64,000 nucleotides of DNA from an uncultured delta proteobacterium (GTDB taxonomy: Bacteria; Desulfobacterota; Binatia; UBA9968), in assembly GCA_963737905.1 (NCBI GenBank), contig CAVTUQ010000009.1, forward strand, positions 160,001-224,000, written 5' to 3'. Position 1 is the stretch's first letter. Each line of letters opens with the position of its first letter. A program made the translations under genes and the position numbers. A model generated the notes under the pieces. That model did not search any database and was not told the DNA's origin. It saw only the letters and a list, made by a program, of their open reading frames with translations. Shown here one piece after another: positions 50,285 to 60,774 of this stretch.

Positions 50285-51099
50285 TAGTATTGCCTTATCT
50301 CTTAGTTCGGCAAGATACCGCACGATCAAAAGAGCCAACTGGTTGCTATGTCTATCTTGCCGTAGGGCACGGAATACTCCGGATTTGTGAGACTCTTATG
50401 AGCAAAGGCAGGCGGCCGCTACGATTATCGAAGTTCCTATCTCTCGCAATTCTCTTTGTACCCTGACAACTAGGGCGGTTGTACGGCTGTTAGTTACCAG
50501 TGGATTGGGGCCGACGAACGGGTTGTAATAAATCGATGTTTGAGTCGGCACATACGGGCCTCCTCTACTCAAAATTGATCTGTAAGTCTAATCGAAAGTG
50601 GCGATTTACGCAATGAAAACTACCGATGGAACTGATGGAGCAGGCTCGATCTCTCGGTCTGATCACAGGAAAATCGTGTATAATAAAGACCCTCGTTTTG
50701 GTGTTAGATATACAGAGTTGTCTTTCTCTTCTCATCGTAGGAATCATCTACTGGCATTTGAGGCAACAAATTTCAGTTGCTCCGAGGGCGGCACTCCTCG
50801 CGGTCGTTTTTCCTTGAGCTTGATTCCTTATCTCGCGATTGTTCGTCAGCAAGGGATTCCCAATTTTCAATCTAATGGAGCTCAAGCCTGAGTGGACACG
50901 AGTTTATGAGGATCCTATGAGGAGCTCTTTGTTCGACGAGGTTCGCCGTTGGAAGAGGAGATCCGGCTTACAAAGCACCGGAGGTGTCGTACATGGGTGC
51001 AGGGTCATGCTTTCCGTGACCTGTCGGCGGGTCTCTTGGCCAGGTCCTTCCTTCCGTTCCAAATTTCGCCTATAAGTTGGGTTGAGAAAGGAGATTTCT

Positions 51100-51918
51100 A
51101 TGGCTACACAGCGCATCAGTTACGTTGACCCGGCGACGATTACCGATCCGGCAATGCTCGAAGAGCTCGATCGATGTCGCCGCGAGGGGACACCGCGCCC
51201 GGAAAGTTCCGCAATCCGTGCCCACGTGCCCGCTTGTTTTTGGTCGTTCGCGAATTCTTGGCGTGATATTTTCAAGAACGGCATTTGCGATCATAGCATC
51301 AAAGAACTCTGCCGCGTTTATGTTTCAAGATCGATCAACTGCGAGTACTGCGGCAACCAACGTTCGCTCAAAGCGGCCAAGGCGGGCCTCGAAGAGGCGC
51401 AGTACGACGACCTGTTGAACTTTGAGCAATCGAAGCGCTTTGACGAACGGCAAAAAGCCGCGCTGGCATACGCCGAAGCCATTACCTGGCATCTGGATAC
51501 CGATGACGCGTTCTGGCAGCGACTATATCAACATTTTTCCGAGCCGGAGCTGGTTGAGATCGGCTGTTTTGTCGCATTGACCATGGGCCAGCAGAGCTGG
51601 CTGCGCCTGCTAAACATCGAGCACCATCAAGTGCTGGCAGGGACCTCGGGAGGAATGGCGCCGGGATTCGAAACTTTCGAGGCTCTGGACAAATCGAAGG
51701 CATCCGCCGATTACTGGGCGAAAAAGGCATCCCTCGTTAACTGCGAAGAGTTAGAACGCCGAATTAAACGCATGGATATATCTCTCGTTGAGGTCTTTCA
51801 GAACCAAGAGTTGACCTCAGTATGCTCTTACACTAAAGTAAAGTCCGGCCTTTTTCTCCGTCCATGTCGATCCACGTCGCGCTGCACCACGTCACCCAAT
51901 ACTATTACGATCGCCTGA
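51100..51918 (+). CDS. Carboxymuconolactone decarboxylase/AhpD-like protein (real stop probably near 51740)
   Basis: KELCRVYVS..INCEYC, ERQKAALAYAE, HFSEPELVEI; AAGGAG RBS. Confidence 0.8.
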   Translation: MATQRISYVDPATITDPAMLEELDRCRREGTPRPESSAIRAHVPACFWSFANSWRDIFKNGICDHSIKELCRVYVSRSINCEYCGNQRSLKAAKAGLEEAQYDDLLNFEQSKRFDERQKAALAYAEAITWHLDTDDAFWQRLYQHFSEPELVEIGCFVALTMGQQSWLRLLNIEHHQVLAGTSGGMAPGFETFEALDKSKASADYWAKKASLVNCEELERRIKRMDISLVEVFQNQELTSVCSYTKVKSGLFLRPCRSTSRCTTSPNTITIA

Positions 51919-54900
51919 TTAACCTCGGCCCCCAGGTGGTCCGTCTGCGACCCGCGCCGCATTGTCGCACGCGGATTTTGAGCTATTCACTGCGGGTTGA
52001 GCCGGCCAAACACTTTATCAACTGGCAACAAGATCCCCAGGCGAATTATCTCGCTCGCCTGGTATTTCCCGAATCCACCCGCAAATTTCACGTCGAAGTC
52101 GATCTCGTCGCCGAGATGGCGGTCATCAACCCGTTCGATTTTTTCTTGGAACCCCACGCCGAGTATTATCCCTTCGAGTACGAGCCTTGGCAGCGGGTGG
52201 AGCTCGCGCCGTACTTCAGGCAGGAGCCGTTGACGCCGCTCTTCGATTGTTACTTGGCCGCGGTTTCGCGTGAGAAGATGCGCAGCGTCCCGTTTCTAGT
52301 CGAGCTCAACCGCCAGCTCGCCGGCGACATCGAATACCTGATCCGCATGGAGCCCGGCGTGCAGACGCCGGAAGAGACACTCACCAAACGGTCGGGCTCT
52401 TGCCGCGACTCGGGCTGGCTGCTCGTCCAACTGCTGCGCCGTCTTGGGCTCGCTGCGCGATTTGTCTCAGGCTATCTGATCCAACTCACCGCTGACGTCA
52501 AATCCCTTGACGGCCCGTCGGGGCCGGAAAAGGATTTCACTGATTTGCACGCCTGGGCCGAGGTGTATCTGCCGGGAGCCGGCTGGATCGGTCTTGACCC
52601 GACCTCCGGGTTATTCGCGGGCGAAGGTCATCTCCCGCTCTCCTGCACGCCTGAGCCGGCATCCGCCGCTCCGGTGACCGGCGCCATCGACGAGTGCGAG
52701 GTGGAGTTCTCTCACGAAATGACGGTCACGCGCATCTGGGAAGCGCCGCGGGTCACCAAGCCCTACACCGAAGAAGAGTGGCGGGCCATTGAGGAGCTGG
52801 GTCACGATGTCGATGCCGACCTTGCGGCTCGCGACGTGCGCCTGACCATGGGCGGGGAGCCGACGTTTGTTTCCATCGACGACCCCGACGGCGAAGAATG
52901 GAACACCGCGGCGCTGGGAACTGGCAAGCGCAGACTCGGTGCTGATCTCTATCAGCGTTTGCGCAAGCGCTACGGTGCGCAGGGCCTCGTCCATTTTGGC
53001 CAAGGCAAGTGGTATCCGGGCGAGCAACTGCCACGCTGGTCGCTCAACTGCTTTTGGCGTGCCGATGGCGAACCCATCTGGCGCGCCGAATCGCTGATCG
53101 CGGACGAGTCCCGGCCGGGCGACGCGACGGAAGCTACTGCGGCGGAGTTTCTGCGCGGCGTCGCCGAAAGGTTGGGACTCGACGCGCAGCACATATTCCC
53201 GGCCTATGAGGATGCTTATTATTTTCTATGGCGCGAGCGGCGATTGCCGGCCAACGTCGATCCTTTCGATTCCCGGCTCGACGATCCACTCGAACGCGAG
53301 CGCTTGGTGCGCGTATTCTCTCAAGGTCTCAAGCAGGTCGTCGGCTATGCCCTCCCGGTAACGCGGGACCCGGCGAGCGGACGCTGGCGCAGCGGATCTT
53401 GGTTTCTACGTAGCGAGCACTGTTATTTGGTCCCCGGCGACTCGCCTATGGGTTATCGTTTGCCGCTCGACTCTCTGCCGTGGGCTAAAGCCAGCGACTA
53501 TCCATACGTCTACCCGCCGGACCCCACGGTGCCGCTTCCGCCCCTTGTGAGCCATGCCGAATTCCGATTTCAGGTCGCCGCAAGGCGGTCCGCCGATCAG
53601 GCAACTTCAAGCGAGAGCCGTGCCGAGAGCGCCGGCTCGAAGCGGGACGGCTCCTTCGACCTGGCGCCGAGCCTCTTCGAGAGCGCGTCGTGGATCAACC
53701 GTTCGGCCATATGCGCGGAGCCAAGAAACGGAATTCTCTATGTTTTTATGCCGCCGATGGAATCGCTGGAGGATTACCTGGGACTCGTCGCCGCGATGGA
53801 AGCCACGGCGGAGGAGATGCGCCAACCCATTCTCTTTGAAGGCTACGAACCGCCGCGCGACCCGCGGCTAATTAATTTCCGGATCACTCCGGACCCCGGC
53901 GTGATCGAAGTGAACATTCATCCGTCGCGGCGCTGGGACGAGTTGGTGGAGCATACGACTTTCCTGTACGAGGCCGCGCGGGAGTCGCGGTTGGCAACCG
54001 AGAAATTTATGATCGACGGCCGCCACACCGGCACCGGTGGCGGCAATCACTTTGCGCTCGGCGGCGCGACGCCCAACGACTCGCCCTGGCTGCGCCGTCC
54101 GGATCTCTTGCGGAGCCTGGTGAGCTACTGGCACAACCACCCTTCGCTCTCGTATATGTTTTCCGGGCTATTCATCGGCCCCACTTCGCAAGCCCCGCGT
54201 ATCGACGAGGCACGCAACGACTCGGTGAACGAAATCGAAGTCGCGTTCCGCGAGATGAAGCGCCAGACGCAGTCGGACACTGACCCCTGTCCACCTTGGC
54301 TCCTCGATCGACTGATGCGCCATCTGCTTATCGACGTCACCGGTAATACGCACCGTTCCGAGTTTTGCGTCGATAAGCTTTATTCGCCGGACAGTGCCAC
54401 CGGCCGCCTCGGGCTCCTTGAAATGCGTGCTTTCGAGATGCCGCCCCACGCGCGCATGAGCCTGACCCAGCAACTGCTGCTGCGCACTCTCGTCGCGCGT
54501 TTCTGGCGAGCGCCTTATGCGCCGGCGCGGCTGGCGCGCTGGGGCACCGAACTGCACGATCGCTTCCTACTGCCGCACTTTGTCTGGCTTGACTTCAATG
54601 ACGTGATCACTGAATTGAACGAGGCCGGCTACCGGTTCGAGGCGCGGTGGTTTACGCCACACTTCGAGTTTCGTTTTCCGAAATACGGCGACCTCTCGAC
54701 TCGCGGCATCGATCTCGAGTTGCGCGGCGCCCTGGAGCCCTGGCACGTGCTGGGCGAGGAAGGCGCCGTCGGCGGCACGGCGCGTTATGTCGACTCGTCC
54801 CTCGAGCGGCTACAACTTAAGGTGACCGGGCTGCCGCCGGATCGCTACACGATCACTTGCAATAGGGTACCGCTACCCTTACAGACTACGGGAAGCGTGG

Positions 54901-55214
54901 GGGAGTTTGTGGCGGGAGTGCGCTACCGCGCGTGGCAGCCGTCATCCGCTCTTCACCCGACCATCGCTGTGCACGCGCCGCTCACGTTTGACATTGTGGA
55001 CCGTTGGATGCACCGGAGCCTCGGCGGCTGCCAGTATCACGTTATGCACCCCGGTGGGCGCAGCTATGCGACGTTTCCGGTGAACGCCTTCGAGGCCGAA
55101 AGCCGCCGCTTGGCGCGCTTCTTCCGCATCGGCCACACGCCGGGGCAGATGGAGGTCGGCGAGCCCCGCATCGATCCCGAGTTTCCGTTTACCCTCGATC
55201 TGCGCAAGATCTAG
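51864..55214 (+). CDS. Transglutaminase + DUF2126 (putative amidoligase) fusion
   Basis: Bact_transglu_N (LRPAPHCRT), GSCRDS / LHAWAEVY / GLDPT catalytic core, LTMGGEPTFVS, PDPGVIEVN, GTGGGNH, LLEMRAFEMPP. Confidence 0.92.
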   Translation: MSIHVALHHVTQYYYDRLINLGPQVVRLRPAPHCRTRILSYSLRVEPAKHFINWQQDPQANYLARLVFPESTRKFHVEVDLVAEMAVINPFDFFLEPHAEYYPFEYEPWQRVELAPYFRQEPLTPLFDCYLAAVSREKMRSVPFLVELNRQLAGDIEYLIRMEPGVQTPEETLTKRSGSCRDSGWLLVQLLRRLGLAARFVSGYLIQLTADVKSLDGPSGPEKDFTDLHAWAEVYLPGAGWIGLDPTSGLFAGEGHLPLSCTPEPASAAPVTGAIDECEVEFSHEMTVTRIWEAPRVTKPYTEEEWRAIEELGHDVDADLAARDVRLTMGGEPTFVSIDDPDGEEWNTAALGTGKRRLGADLYQRLRKRYGAQGLVHFGQGKWYPGEQLPRWSLNCFWRADGEPIWRAESLIADESRPGDATEATAAEFLRGVAERLGLDAQHIFPAYEDAYYFLWRERRLPANVDPFDSRLDDPLERERLVRVFSQGLKQVVGYALPVTRDPASGRWRSGSWFLRSEHCYLVPGDSPMGYRLPLDSLPWAKASDYPYVYPPDPTVPLPPLVSHAEFRFQVAARRSADQATSSESRAESAGSKRDGSFDLAPSLFESASWINRSAICAEPRNGILYVFMPPMESLEDYLGLVAAMEATAEEMRQPILFEGYEPPRDPRLINFRITPDPGVIEVNIHPSRRWDELVEHTTFLYEAARESRLATEKFMIDGRHTGTGGGNHFALGGATPNDSPWLRRPDLLRSLVSYWHNHPSLSYMFSGLFIGPTSQAPRIDEARNDSVNEIEVAFREMKRQTQSDTDPCPPWLLDRLMRHLLIDVTGNTHRSEFCVDKLYSPDSATGRLGLLEMRAFEMPPHARMSLTQQLLLRTLVARFWRAPYAPARLARWGTELHDRFLLPHFVWLDFNDVITELNEAGYRFEARWFTPHFEFRFPKYGDLSTRGIDLELRGALEPWHVLGEEGAVGGTARYVDSSLERLQLKVTGLPPDRYTITCNRVPLPLQTTGSVGEFVAGVRYRAWQPSSALHPTIAVHAPLTFDIVDRWMHRSLGGCQYHVMHPGGRSYATFPVNAFEAESRRLARFFRIGHTPGQMEVGEPRIDPEFPFTLDLRKI

Positions 55215-55225
55215 GCGAAAGCACT

Positions 55226-55246
55226 ATGAGCCAGCAATCACAGTGA
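55226..55246 (+). other. Intergenic micro-ORF MSQQSQ
   Basis: ATG AGC CAG CAA TCA CAG TGA between operon genes; weak RBS; translation unproven. Confidence 0.2.
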
Positions 55247-55290
55247 ACCGAGGAGTTAGCGTCGTTGAACGTTGAATAACCTTGAATTTT

Positions 55291-57825
55291 ATGCCACTGT
55301 CATCCTTCGCGAGTTACCTACCCCAGCCGGAACGTTACGACGAAGTCTTCGGCATGGATGGTCGCCCGCGCCCTCACTGGAAGCGGCTCGCGGAGGCGGC
55401 GGCGCGGGCAAGCCGCGCCGAGTTATCGCGTCGGGCAGGGACCATCCGTCACGCTGTGGATCAGGATGGTGTAACGTACAACATCTATGCCGATCCGAAG
55501 GGGGCCGACCGGCCTTGGGAAGTCGATCTGCTGCCATTGATCATCAGCACCGAGGAGTGGCGCTTTTTGGCGAAGGCGGTACAGCAGCGCGCTCGCCTCC
55601 TGAACGCCGTCCTTGCCGATCTCTATGGAGCGGGCCGCTTGCTTGCCGAAGGTTTGCTTCCACCTGCCATCATCCAAGGTCACCACAATTATCTCTGGCC
55701 TTGCCGCGGGCTGGAGCCACCCGGCGGTACTTTTCTCAATCTTTACGGTTGCGATCTGGCCCGCTCTCCCGACGGCCGCTGGTGGGTCATCGCCGACCGC
55801 ACGCAGGGTCCCTCCGGCGCGGGATACGCGGTGCAAAACCGGCTCATCGTTACGCCTATGTATGGACGGCTGTTCCGATCGCTCGGCGTGCAGCGGCTCG
55901 CCGGTTTTTTCCGCACCTTGCAACAGCGGTTGGCGGCTCTCGCCCCCACCGACGGCGAGGCGCCGCTCATCGCGCTCCTGACACCCGGGCCGTACAACGA
56001 AACATACTTCGAGCAGGTCTTCCTTGCTCGCTATCTGGGCTTTGCCCTCGTGGAAGGGTCGGACCTCACCATACGTGATAATAGAGTCTATTTGAAAACC
56101 CTCGAAGGTCTAAAGCGGGTGCACGTTCTGCTCCGCCGTCTCGACGACGAATACTGCGATCCATTGGCTCTGCGTACCGACTCTGCGCTCGGGGTGCCAG
56201 GGTTGCTTGGTGCCGTGCGTGCCGGAAATGTGGCCATCGCCAATGCTCTTGGCTCGGGGGTGCTGGAGACGCCCGCCTTGCCGGGTTTTCTCCCGGCAAT
56301 TTGCCAAACGCTGCTCGGCGAGCCCCTTGAGCTACCTTCCATTGCGACCTGGTGGTGTGGGGAAGCGCCGGCGCTCGAGCATGCGATCAAGCATCTCCCC
56401 GAGCTGGTCATCAAGCCGGCCTTTCCCTCCATGAAGCTTGAACCGACTTTTGGACATGTACTCGACGGCGCTGGCCGGGAAGCGATGGTTGAGAGAATAC
56501 GCGCGACGCCGCACGCCTTTGTGGCCCAGGAGTGGGTGCGCCTTTCCCAGGCGCCTACTTGGTCCAGCGAGCGCGAGCGATTCGAGCCGCGGGTGGTCGG
56601 ATTGCGGCTCTACGCGGTAGCCACCGCCACCGGCTACGACGTCATGCCCGGTGGACTCGCACGGGTCTCGCCCGAGACCAGCACCGAGGTTATCAGTATG
56701 CAGCGTGGCGGATCGAGCAAAGACACTTGGGTGCTGGACGGTGCCGCGACGGTGTATCAATCGCTACTGCAGCCCCGTCTCACCGCCCGAGACATCGTAC
56801 ACAGCGGTTTTTACTCTCCTTCGCGCGCGGTGGAGAATCTTTTCTGGATGGGACGTTACGCCGAGCGCGTCGAATCGGTTGGCCGTCTGCTGCGCGCCAC
56901 GGCTCTGCGGCTGGTCGAAAGCGACCCGTCAAACTCGGCAGGTGTCGAGGTGCTGACCGCTTTGTGCGAAAGCGCGCGGCTTGGCGAAATGTCGCCCGCG
57001 GCCACGACGCCATCTTCGACGAGGAAAAAAGCAAAAAAAACAGTAAACGGCGGCGACGATTGGTTGCTGGCGGCCGTCGGGGATCCGCGAGTCGCAAACG
57101 GTGTTCCGGCTAACACGGCGCGCCTGCTCTACTGCGCGACCCAACTTCGGGATCGAATTTCGCTCGACAACTGGCATACCGTTCAACGTCTTGCTCATGC
57201 GCACGAGCCCGCGCCAAAGGATATCGAAGCCGCCTTGACGATTATCGATCAAGTATTGCCTGCCTGCACCGCCCTTGCGGGCTACGCATTCGATGATATG
57301 ACGCGAGACGATGCCTGGCGATTCCTGGCGACGGGACGCCGCTTGGAGCGTATGGCCTTCCTGGCATCGGTGGTCGCCCAGGTCTTGGCGCGGCCGGAGG
57401 AGGAACGCGAGGCGGCGCTCGGCGCGCTCCTCGAAATAGGTAACATCATCATCACCTATCGCGCGCGCTACCAGCGGCAGCCTGAACTCCTTCCGGTCGT
57501 CGATCTTCTGGTCAAAGACGAGTCGAATCCTCACGCGGTCTGCTTCCAGCTCGCGCTGCTCAGCCGGGAAGTTCACGAGTTCGAAGCTCGACTGGGTTTC
57601 CGCCCGATCAACAATCCACTTCCATTGCTCCACTCCCTTCGGCTGTTCGACTTGGCCGAGTTCGATAACCATCGTCTGTCCCATGGCGAGCCGGAGCGAT
57701 TCGGCGAGTCCCTCGCCACGATGCTCAGGGCGTGCGAGCGCCTTGCCCACGGGCTTTCCGACGAGTTGTCGCAGCGTTTCTTCGTGCACGCGGGAGAGCG
57801 ACCACAAGCGAGTGTGGCGGCATGA
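55291..57825 (+). CDS. Circularly permuted type 2 ATP-grasp + alpha-E domain protein
   Basis: YDE..G..RPHW, DRTQGPSGAGY, LLTPGPYNETYFE, RRLDD..CDPL, MPGGLARV, GG.SKDTWV, ENLFWMGRY.ER, GRRLER. Confidence 0.92.
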   Translation: MPLSSFASYLPQPERYDEVFGMDGRPRPHWKRLAEAAARASRAELSRRAGTIRHAVDQDGVTYNIYADPKGADRPWEVDLLPLIISTEEWRFLAKAVQQRARLLNAVLADLYGAGRLLAEGLLPPAIIQGHHNYLWPCRGLEPPGGTFLNLYGCDLARSPDGRWWVIADRTQGPSGAGYAVQNRLIVTPMYGRLFRSLGVQRLAGFFRTLQQRLAALAPTDGEAPLIALLTPGPYNETYFEQVFLARYLGFALVEGSDLTIRDNRVYLKTLEGLKRVHVLLRRLDDEYCDPLALRTDSALGVPGLLGAVRAGNVAIANALGSGVLETPALPGFLPAICQTLLGEPLELPSIATWWCGEAPALEHAIKHLPELVIKPAFPSMKLEPTFGHVLDGAGREAMVERIRATPHAFVAQEWVRLSQAPTWSSERERFEPRVVGLRLYAVATATGYDVMPGGLARVSPETSTEVISMQRGGSSKDTWVLDGAATVYQSLLQPRLTARDIVHSGFYSPSRAVENLFWMGRYAERVESVGRLLRATALRLVESDPSNSAGVEVLTALCESARLGEMSPAATTPSSTRKKAKKTVNGGDDWLLAAVGDPRVANGVPANTARLLYCATQLRDRISLDNWHTVQRLAHAHEPAPKDIEAALTIIDQVLPACTALAGYAFDDMTRDDAWRFLATGRRLERMAFLASVVAQVLARPEEEREAALGALLEIGNIIITYRARYQRQPELLPVVDLLVKDESNPHAVCFQLALLSREVHEFEARLGFRPINNPLPLLHSLRLFDLAEFDNHRLSHGEPERFGESLATMLRACERLAHGLSDELSQRFFVHAGERPQASVAA

Positions 57826-58728
57826 GCGCGAGCAGTGTGCGTTGTTACCGGGTCGATGCATCGGACCACCTATCGGTATTCAGAGCCGGTGACCCTTTCT
57901 CATCAGCAGCTCCACCTGACCCCGCGCCTGCTCGCTTACCAGCGCACCCGTGTGCACGAGGTGGCCATCACGCCGCCGCCGACCTATCGCCGGGAGCGCA
58001 CAGACGCTTTCGGCAATCCGGTGACCGACATGGCCATTGAGGCGCCCCATACCACGCTTGAGATTGTTGGCCGTTCGGTCATCGAAGTTGGCGGACGAGA
58101 ACCTCCCGAGGCCGATAAAACAGTGGCCTGGGAAACCGTCCGCGAAGCGCTTGCTTATCGCGCCGGCTGGCGCCCGGACCCTGAGGCGCTCGAAGCCACA
58201 CGGTTTCTCTTCGAATCGCCCCATGCGCGCGTAAAAAGGGACCTACGAGCCTACGCGAGCGATTGCTTCAGGCCTGGACGTTCGGTGCTGGAGGCGGCCC
58301 AGGGGCTCATGGACAAAATCCATGGTGAGTTCAAGTTTGATCCTGAGGCAACGACCACCACAACCCCGGTCATGACGTTCTTCGAGCAAAAGCGCGGCGT
58401 GTGTCAGGACTTCACCCACTTTATGATTTCTTGCTTGCGTTCCACCGGGCTCCCCGCTCGTTACCTGAGCGGCTATCTCGTGCCGCGATCAACGTCGGGT
58501 AAACAACGGCCGGTGGGGGCGGAGGCCTCCCATGCGTGGGTGGCCGTGTTCGTTCCCGGCAGCGGCTGGGTCGAGCTCGATCCGACCAATAACGTGCTGC
58601 CGTCCTTGGGGCATATTACGTTGGGATGGGGCCGCGATTTCTCCGATGTGACGCCGTTACGCGGTGTCATCAATGGCGGCGGAGAGCAGAGGCTTACGGT
58701 AAAAGTGACCATCGAGTTGGATGAGTAA
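57822..58728 (+). CDS. Transglutaminase-family protein (frameshift near 57855)
   Basis: ATGA overlap with the previous gene; H.T.Y.Y, DAFGN, GVCQDF, ARYLSGY, SHAWV, DPTN, GRDFSDV.P. Confidence 0.9.
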
Positions 58729-58759
58729 GGAACGGAGTAGCGGAGTACTGGATTATCAA

Positions 58760-59491
58760 TCACTCCTGTGTCAGCGCCATAATAATGTCGGCGTACCAGG
58801 CGCAGTTGAGGTTTAGCCGTTCGTCCTGCTCGATGTCGCGGTTGGTCACGTCCATCCGAGCCGCATGGACGCCCAAAAGCATCCATGGCAAGTCTCCACG
58901 ACCCGACCGTTCCCCGGTCTGACGCGTCACCACCGGCGCGCCGCTGGTGCCGCGGTGCATCCGCGCGTCGGTCAGGAAGTAGCCCTGACCTTGAAAGCGG
59001 AGGCCAAACGCCGAGGCGATGACCGCTTGTCTTACCACCGGCAGATGATGCAGCGTGTCATGAAAGCCCAGCGGGAAACCGACGATGAGCACCCGCGTGC
59101 CGACTTCGATCTCATCCAGCTCCTCTATCAGATGATTGGGCGTAAACGACTGAAGCAGGAGCTTGTCCGGTAGAGCGGTGCGCTCGAGCTCGAGAGCGAC
59201 GACGTCCACCGTGCCGGCTGGGTCGATACCCTCCCGCCACACCGGCTGGGTTCCTCGGTAAAGCGGGATGGCGAATCCGGTCGTTATCGCCACGTTTTCC
59301 GGATCGACATGCAGCTCAATTTCCAGCCGGTCGGGACGATGGTCGCTCGCCTCGTCCAGCACCACGTGTCGATTCGTTACGAGAAACAATCGACCCTCTC
59401 GCTCGAAGAAGAAGCCGGTGGCATTGGTCAGTTGTTGTTGTCCTAAAAAAGTAGAGACCCGGGTTACAGAAAGTAAGAGCGATTCAATCAC
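58760..59491 (-). CDS. Trypsin-like serine protease (no signal peptide)
   Basis: ATGFF, VTNRHVV (His), DVVAL (Asp), GFP, GTSGAPV (Ser). Confidence 0.88.
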   Translation of the reverse strand: MIESLLLSVTRVSTFLGQQQLTNATGFFFEREGRLFLVTNRHVVLDEASDHRPDRLEIELHVDPENVAITTGFAIPLYRGTQPVWREGIDPAGTVDVVALELERTALPDKLLLQSFTPNHLIEELDEIEVGTRVLIVGFPLGFHDTLHHLPVVRQAVIASAFGLRFQGQGYFLTDARMHRGTSGAPVVTRQTGERSGRGDLPWMLLGVHAARMDVTNRDIEQDERLNLNCAWYADIIMALTQE

Positions 59492-59709
59492 GATCGATGT
59501 CCTAACATTCCATCATTCCAGACTTCGCTTCTCTGTCAACACTCTGAGGGTTGCCCGCTGGCCCGGACTATTCATGGACCGAGGAGCGGGCGGCTGCGCA
59601 ACATTCTTAGTAATTTCGTCCACATCCCAGAGACTAGAGAATTTTAACGCCCTGGGGCAATGGCTGGTTCGCTCAACAGGGTAACCGAATTTTTCCTGAT
59701 ACTTGTTTT

Positions 59710-60774
59710 TCATTTTCCCTCCGGAACCTCTCCTTTCCAGAGCTCCTTGAGAAAGCCGCTTTTTTCGAGATTCTCGACAAACGTGTTGTCAAAGACTTCG
59801 GCCGGTTTTTTTCTGATGCTCGTGCCTTCCTCGCGCGCAGTCTCGATAGTTTCTGCAACCAACTTCGGCGGAACGATCATACGCCGATTGACGAGTCTCA
59901 CGGCATAGGCGTCATAGGCAGATTGAAGGACCGCCGGGTCCTTTATGCTCAAGGTCTTGCCCACAGCGGCCATCGCCTGCTGCGGGTTTTTCTCCACAAA
60001 GTAAACCGTTTCGGCGAGGCCGGCTACGAACCTTTGCACCAGCAGGGGTTTCTCCTTCAATGTTCTGGAATTTGTGAAAACGGAGCTATAGATGAAGGGA
60101 AACCCAAGGTCGTTGAGGTGGTAGATCACATTGAAGCCATCCTTTCTGCCTTGGACATCCAGAGGCGGTTGGATGAGCGTGGCTTGGACGATGTCCTGCA
60201 ACAGAGCGCTATAGCGCTCTGTTGGCGTACCTCCGAGGGGACGCAACGTTACTTCTGTCTCCGTCAGGTTAGACTTTTTAAGAAACGCCCGCGCGAGCCG
60301 GTGAGGCAGATCTCCCGGACGCGTGACCCCGATACTCTTGCCTTTGAGATCCGCAGGCTTTTTTATGTCCCCTCGAGCCAGAACCACATAAGGCAGACCC
60401 ACAAGAGGCGAAGCGACCAGTTTGCCGTCGGCGCCAGTGGCGATCCGTACGATATTGGTGTCAGCGTTGCAGTAAAGGAACTGGATTTCGTTCGACGTCA
60501 AGGCAGCCATGGCCACGACGCCGCCCCGGAGCACGACATGTTCGACGTTGATGCCGTATTTATCAAACATGCGGTTGTTGAGCGCAGCGTACAGATGGAT
60601 AAAACCACCCGTGACTGCGCAGGTTCCCACGCGCGCCTTCACCACCGGTTCGCCCGGCTTGGCAAGGTAAGGGTTGGCATGCGCAAACTCTCCTTGCGCG
60701 CAGATCAACACAGTGACAAAGGTGAGCGCGATGAAGACATCTTTAGCTGGCCAGATATTTGGTAGTCGTTTCAT
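59710..60774 (-). CDS. NMT1/SsuA-like ABC substrate-binding protein
   Basis: FDKYGINVE, DLKGKSIGVTRPG, ER..AL, VQRFV.G. Confidence 0.85.
   Translation of the reverse strand: MKRLPNIWPAKDVFIALTFVTVLICAQGEFAHANPYLAKPGEPVVKARVGTCAVTGGFIHLYAALNNRMFDKYGINVEHVVLRGGVVAMAALTSNEIQFLYCNADTNIVRIATGADGKLVASPLVGLPYVVLARGDIKKPADLKGKSIGVTRPGDLPHRLARAFLKKSNLTETEVTLRPLGGTPTERYSALLQDIVQATLIQPPLDVQGRKDGFNVIYHLNDLGFPFIYSSVFTNSRTLKEKPLLVQRFVAGLAETVYFVEKNPQQAMAAVGKTLSIKDPAVLQSAYDAYAVRLVNRRMIVPPKLVAETIETAREEGTSIRKKPAEVFDNTFVENLEKSGFLKELWKGEVPEGK

Noticed and set aside
50598-51075. Small ORFs upstream of the amidase and AhpD-like genes
   Set aside because: Overlapping short frames without RBS support or family motifs; cannot be called
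44000-52000. Magnetosome gene island around the mamK-like gene
   Set aside because: No mamA/B/E/I/M/O/P/Q, mad or feoB-like genes in the window; neighbours are an amidase, a barrel and permeases
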